Shown one piece after another: positions 48,418 to 53,160 of a DNA stretch of 53,160 bases (the stretch's first letter is position 1; each line of letters starts with the position of its first letter). Source of the DNA: Deferrisomatales bacterium (GTDB lineage Bacteria; Desulfobacterota; Deferrisomatia; Deferrisomatales; JACRMM01); the NCBI GenBank assembly GCA_033551855.1, contig JAWSUI010000025.1, forward strand, positions 1 to 53,160, in the 5' to 3' direction. Made by a program: the position numbers and the translations under genes. The notes under the pieces are model-generated. The model was not told the DNA's origin and made no database searches. It was given only the letters and a program-made list of their open reading frames with translations.

Positions 48418-49698
48418 TTACTTGGTGGTGAATTCGGGGTAGGCCTCCATCCCGCAGTCTGCGAGGTCCATGCCCTGGTACTCGTCCTCTTCGCTGACGC
48501 GGATGCCGACCACCGACTTGAGCGCGGCCCAGCCGGCCAGGCTCACGCCGAAGACCCACACGAAGATGGTCAGGGCGCCCACCGCTTGACCGAAGACGCT
48601 CGACTCCGGGTTGGTCACGGGGACGAGGAGGAGCCCCAGGAGGCCGCAGACCCCGTGCACCGAGATGGCACCCACCGGGTCGTCGATGCGCAGCTTGTCC
48701 AGGCACACGATGCTGACCACCACGAGCAGCCCGCCCAGGGCTCCGAAGACGCTGGTCTGGAGGGCAGTGGGGGTGGCGGGCTCGGCGGTGATGGTCACCA
48801 GTCCGGCCAGGGCGCCGTTCAGGAGCATGGTGAGGTCGGCTTTGCCGAAGAGCAGCCGTGCCAGGATCAGGGCGGCAACAGCGCCGGCGGCGGCGGCGGC
48901 GTTCGTGTTGAGGAAGACCATGGCGACGGCGTTGGCGTTTGCCGCGTCGCCGAGCTTGAGCACCGAGCCTCCGTTGAAGCCGAACCAGCCCATCCAGAGG
49001 ATGAAGGTCCCCAGCGTGGCGAGGGGGAGGTTGGCGCCCGGGATCGCGTTGACCTGTCCCCCGGGCCCGTACTTGCCCCTCCGGGGTCCGAGCAGCAGGA
49101 CACCGGCCAGGGCGGCCGAGGCGCCGGCCAGATGTACGATCCCCGAGCCCGCAAAATCGCTGAACCCCAGGTCACCCAGGTTGAACAGGCCGAAGACGTC
49201 CTTGCCGCCCCAGGTCCAGGACCCCTCCATGGGATAGATGAAGGCGGTCATGAGGACGCAGAACGCCAGAAAGGACCACAGCTTCATCCGCTCGGCCACG
49301 GCCCCCGAGACGATCGACATGGCGGTGGCAACGAAGACGACCTGGAAGAAGAAGTCCGACGCGTCTGCGTACACGGCGTCCCCGGCGAAGCCGGCCTCGG
49401 CCGAGGCGGCCAGCACGTGGGCCGTGAAATCGTCGAGACTGGGCGCGCCGGACAACTCGATGCCCCGGAGAAACCACGTGCCGTCGTACATGATGGCGTA
49501 GCCGCAGACCAGGTACATCACGCACGCCACGGCGAACAGGGACACGTTCTTCGCCAGGATCTCGGTGGTGTTCTTGGCCCGGACCAGTCCTGATTCCAGC
49601 ATGGCGAACCCCGCCCCCATCCACATGACCAGGGCCCCGCACACGAGGAAGTAGAAGGTGTCGATGGCGTACTTCAGCTCGAAGATCTGGTTTTCCAC
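48418..49698 (-). CDS. amtB: Ammonium transporter
   Basis: GFAMLESG, SGAVAER, DFAGSGIVH, WMGWFGFNGGS, IDDPVGAISVH (twin His). Confidence 0.96.
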   Translation of the reverse strand: MENQIFELKYAIDTFYFLVCGALVMWMGAGFAMLESGLVRAKNTTEILAKNVSLFAVACVMYLVCGYAIMYDGTWFLRGIELSGAPSLDDFTAHVLAASAEAGFAGDAVYADASDFFFQVVFVATAMSIVSGAVAERMKLWSFLAFCVLMTAFIYPMEGSWTWGGKDVFGLFNLGDLGFSDFAGSGIVHLAGASAALAGVLLLGPRRGKYGPGGQVNAIPGANLPLATLGTFILWMGWFGFNGGSVLKLGDAANANAVAMVFLNTNAAAAAGAVAALILARLLFGKADLTMLLNGALAGLVTITAEPATPTALQTSVFGALGGLLVVVSIVCLDKLRIDDPVGAISVHGVCGLLGLLLVPVTNPESSVFGQAVGALTIFVWVFGVSLAGWAALKSVVGIRVSEEDEYQGMDLADCGMEAYPEFTTK

Positions 49699-49717
49699 GG
49701 TCTCTGCTCCACGTTAG

Positions 49718-50554
<837 letters not shown>

Positions 50555-50718
50555 GGCCTGCGGCCCTGGTGGAGTGTGCAGGGTTAGATCCGCGGCCGAG
50601 GGGTACCGTGCTGTCCGGGTGCGGCCTCCGGGGGGGGGTGCCCCGCGGTAGGGCGCCACGGCCGTGCGGAGGACGGAAGAGCCGGGAGGCAACCGAAAAC
50701 AGCCGGCGGCCAGGGCTC

Positions 50719-51741
50719 TCAGTCGTCCCGAGCGACCGCGTCCAGCTTGAAACCGACGAAGGCGATCCGCCGAAAATCGTCTTCCCGTGAAAAACGAATA
50801 CCGGGCTCGACTTCGAAGAACAGCCAGTCTCGGTAGAGGCCCCGCCGGTACCGGATGCCGACCACGTGGTCCGTGACCTGGGTCCTTGGGTTGGTTTCGC
50901 CGAGGACGGTGTAGGAGTACGTCAGGGCGTCGCGAGCGCTGAGGTGGTGGTACACGCCGAAGCTCTGGGTGAGTTCGAAGTTGCTCTCGTCCAGGAGGAA
51001 CGTGGCGCTGGACGCACTGCGGAAGAGAACGGTCGGCGATAGGGAGCGGTCGAGGTCCACGGCCGTGGTCTCGCCATACCCATCCGAGCGGAACCAGAAC
51101 AGGCTCTGGGCGAACCGAACGCGCCAGGAGGCCACCGGGAGGACCTGCAAGCGCCCCCGCAGGCGCACGAACGGGTCCGGCGGGAGGGGAAACCTCACTC
51201 CCCCCGTCAGCGAGACCCGCCAGCGCCTCGTCTCCTGAAGGCGGCCCTCCAGTCCGAGCAGTGTGCGCCTGCTTTCGGAAGGCGGGGGAGGGGCCGGCCG
51301 CTCCTCATCCGCGGGTTGGGTCTCCTCGGGTTCACGCTCGCTCTCGAGGACGAGTCGGAAGCGCTTCTGGGTTCGGGGCAGGACGAGTCGGAGGCGGATC
51401 CGGTCGTCGAACTTCCAATCCCCCCCTTGTTCCCAGAGAGCGGAGCCCCCGATCTGTAGGTAGCTGCCGGTCGCTTCCAGATAGGCGAGGTCTCCGGCAA
51501 AGAAGTCGTCCAGGCGGCGGGCCAACGCCTCGACGGTATCCCCCACGTAGTCCTGGACCCGGTCCACGGTCCCCTCTTCGGGGGAGTCGTGATCGTCTCC
51601 TGTGCCGCCGGCCGCAAGGGCCGGCGCCAGAAACACCAGGAGACCCAGGGCAGCGATCCGGAGGAGCCCGGGTCCTGGGGGCGGGCGAGACACTGGAAGG
51701 GGACGCCGACGAAAAGGCTGGCGGACGAGGAGTCGGGGCAC
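50719..51741 (-). CDS. Hypothetical outer-membrane beta-barrel protein
   Basis: Signal peptide-like segment, LDDFF, amphipathic strands, YRDWLFFEVEP; start uncertain. Confidence 0.6.
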   Translation of the reverse strand: MPRLLVRQPFRRRPLPVSRPPPGPGLLRIAALGLLVFLAPALAAGGTGDDHDSPEEGTVDRVQDYVGDTVEALARRLDDFFAGDLAYLEATGSYLQIGGSALWEQGGDWKFDDRIRLRLVLPRTQKRFRLVLESEREPEETQPADEERPAPPPPSESRRTLLGLEGRLQETRRWRVSLTGGVRFPLPPDPFVRLRGRLQVLPVASWRVRFAQSLFWFRSDGYGETTAVDLDRSLSPTVLFRSASSATFLLDESNFELTQSFGVYHHLSARDALTYSYTVLGETNPRTQVTDHVVGIRYRRGLYRDWLFFEVEPGIRFSREDDFRRIAFVGFKLDAVARDD

Positions 51742-52091
51742 GGGCGCACACCGATGAGTGGGTTGTGGGAGCCGGATGGGTTCCCTTGCCGGGAACCACG
51801 ACGGCCCCGCGGCAGGCGGCCGCGGTAAGTGCGCCGCCGGCGACCCAAGGGGTACCCTGAGCTGAGCAGCTTATACGTGAGGCGAGTTCCGGGTTCCAGG
51901 GGATTTTCTGCTCGGCCCTGGACACGGGAGCCTGGTGCCGGGGGGCGCCCCTGGGGTTCACCGGAGCACGGCAGGGGTGGGCCCCGCGGGGTCTCGGGCC
52001 CCGTTGCACGCGTGAGCCCCTTCGCGCGGTGGACCCGGGGCGCCGGCGGGGATATGATCTTGCCCCGGCTGCCGGAGAGAGAGGAGGGGCC

Positions 52092-53126
52092 ATGGTCATC
52101 GGTGTCCCCCGCGAGATCAAGGACAACGAATACCGGGTGGGGATCGTGCCGTCCGGGGTTGAGGAACTGGTGACTGACGGGCACACCGTCGTCATCGAGA
52201 CGAATGCCGGGGCGGGGAGCGGCATCGGCGACGAAGAGTTCCGGGCGGCGGGTGCCGAGATCTTGCGCAGTGGGGAAGCGGTGTGGGGCGGTGCCGACCT
52301 GGTGATGAAAGTCAAAGAGCCCCTTGATTCGGAGTACGCTCTCCTGCGGCCGGGCCAGACTCTCTTCACGTTCCTCCACCTGGCCCCCCTTCCCGAGCTG
52401 GGACGGGTGCTCCTGGAGAAGCGGATCCGCGCCGTCGCCTACGAGACGATCCAACTGGAGGACGGCAGCCTCCCGCTCCTGGCTCCCATGAGCCAGGTCG
52501 CCGGAAAGATGGCGGTGCAGCTGGGGGCGACCTTTCTCCAACGGGAGAAAGGGGGGATGGGCATCCTTCTGGGGGGGGTCCCGGGGACCAAACACGGGCG
52601 GATCTTGATCCTGGGGGGCGGGGCCGTGGGGATCAACGCCGCCAAGGTGGCCTACGGGCTCGGGGCCGAGGTGGTGATCATCGACGTCAACCACGCACGT
52701 CTTTCGTACATCGACGACGTTTTCGACGGCAAGGTCGTCACCCTGATGTCCAACCGACGGAACATCCGGGAGGCGGCGGCCTCGTGCCACATGCTGGTGG
52801 GTGCGGTCTTGGTGGTGGGTGCGAAGGCGCCCCACTTGGTGGACCGCGAGGTCCTCAGGGGCATGCGGCAGGGCAGCGTGTTCGTCGACGTGTCCATCGA
52901 TCAGGGGGGTATCAGCCCCACCAGCCGGCCGACGAGCCACGCCTCTCCGGTGTACCGGGAGGAGGGGGTGCTTCACTACTGCGTCCCGAACATCCCCGGG
53001 GCGGTGCCGGCCACCAGCACCTACGCGCTCACCAACGTCACCCTCCCCTACTGTCGGAAGCTGGCGGCGACAGACCCGGCGAAGGCCCTCCTCGCGGACG
53101 CGGCCCTAGAAGTCCTTGGGGGGTGA
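52092..53126 (+). CDS. ald: Alanine dehydrogenase, possibly C-terminally truncated
   Basis: GVPREIKDNEYRV, KVKEP, FTFLHLA, PMSQVAG, GGGAVG, DVSIDQGG, HYCVPNIPG. Confidence 0.93.
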   Translation: MVIGVPREIKDNEYRVGIVPSGVEELVTDGHTVVIETNAGAGSGIGDEEFRAAGAEILRSGEAVWGGADLVMKVKEPLDSEYALLRPGQTLFTFLHLAPLPELGRVLLEKRIRAVAYETIQLEDGSLPLLAPMSQVAGKMAVQLGATFLQREKGGMGILLGGVPGTKHGRILILGGGAVGINAAKVAYGLGAEVVIIDVNHARLSYIDDVFDGKVVTLMSNRRNIREAAASCHMLVGAVLVVGAKAPHLVDREVLRGMRQGSVFVDVSIDQGGISPTSRPTSHASPVYREEGVLHYCVPNIPGAVPATSTYALTNVTLPYCRKLAATDPAKALLADAALEVLGG

Positions 53127-53160
53127 AGATCTTGAAAGACGAGTCAAGTTTTTACGCTGC

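Overview
High-GC bacterial chromosomal window. Gene content and synteny suggest an anaerobic deltaproteobacterium (Desulfobacterota/Deferrisoma-like); this is inference. Most of it is housekeeping: aroQ, Xaa-Pro peptidase, gcvH, an SgmX-like TPR gene, secA-argJ, smpB, ileS-lspA-lgt, rsmB-PASTA-rpe, amt/PII and ald. The most notable element is a ~7.3 kb co-directional cluster (14709-22061). It has a sigma70 promoter, a Moco-family riboswitch lacking P3 (tungsten-cofactor type) and a leader terminator. These precede an anion porin, TupABC, a divergent second TupA-like binding protein, a C4 zinc-finger protein, a stand-alone TiaS-N-like protein, a 75-aa unknown protein and a single-gene molybdenum-storage-protein homologue. 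Together they form a candidate tungsten uptake-and-storage system. Other observations: two copies of a ~210 bp MITE with ISL3-like ends and 8-bp target-site duplications; GTAG-type REP elements; a long RelA/SpoT homologue with a degenerate synthetase; two G-U-rich rod hairpins upstream of an MFS gene; a VapBC-type TA pair; and a probably truncated ald. No CRISPR array, rRNA, tRNA, transposase or reverse transcriptase was recognised. All calls come from manual motif reading, not database searches.
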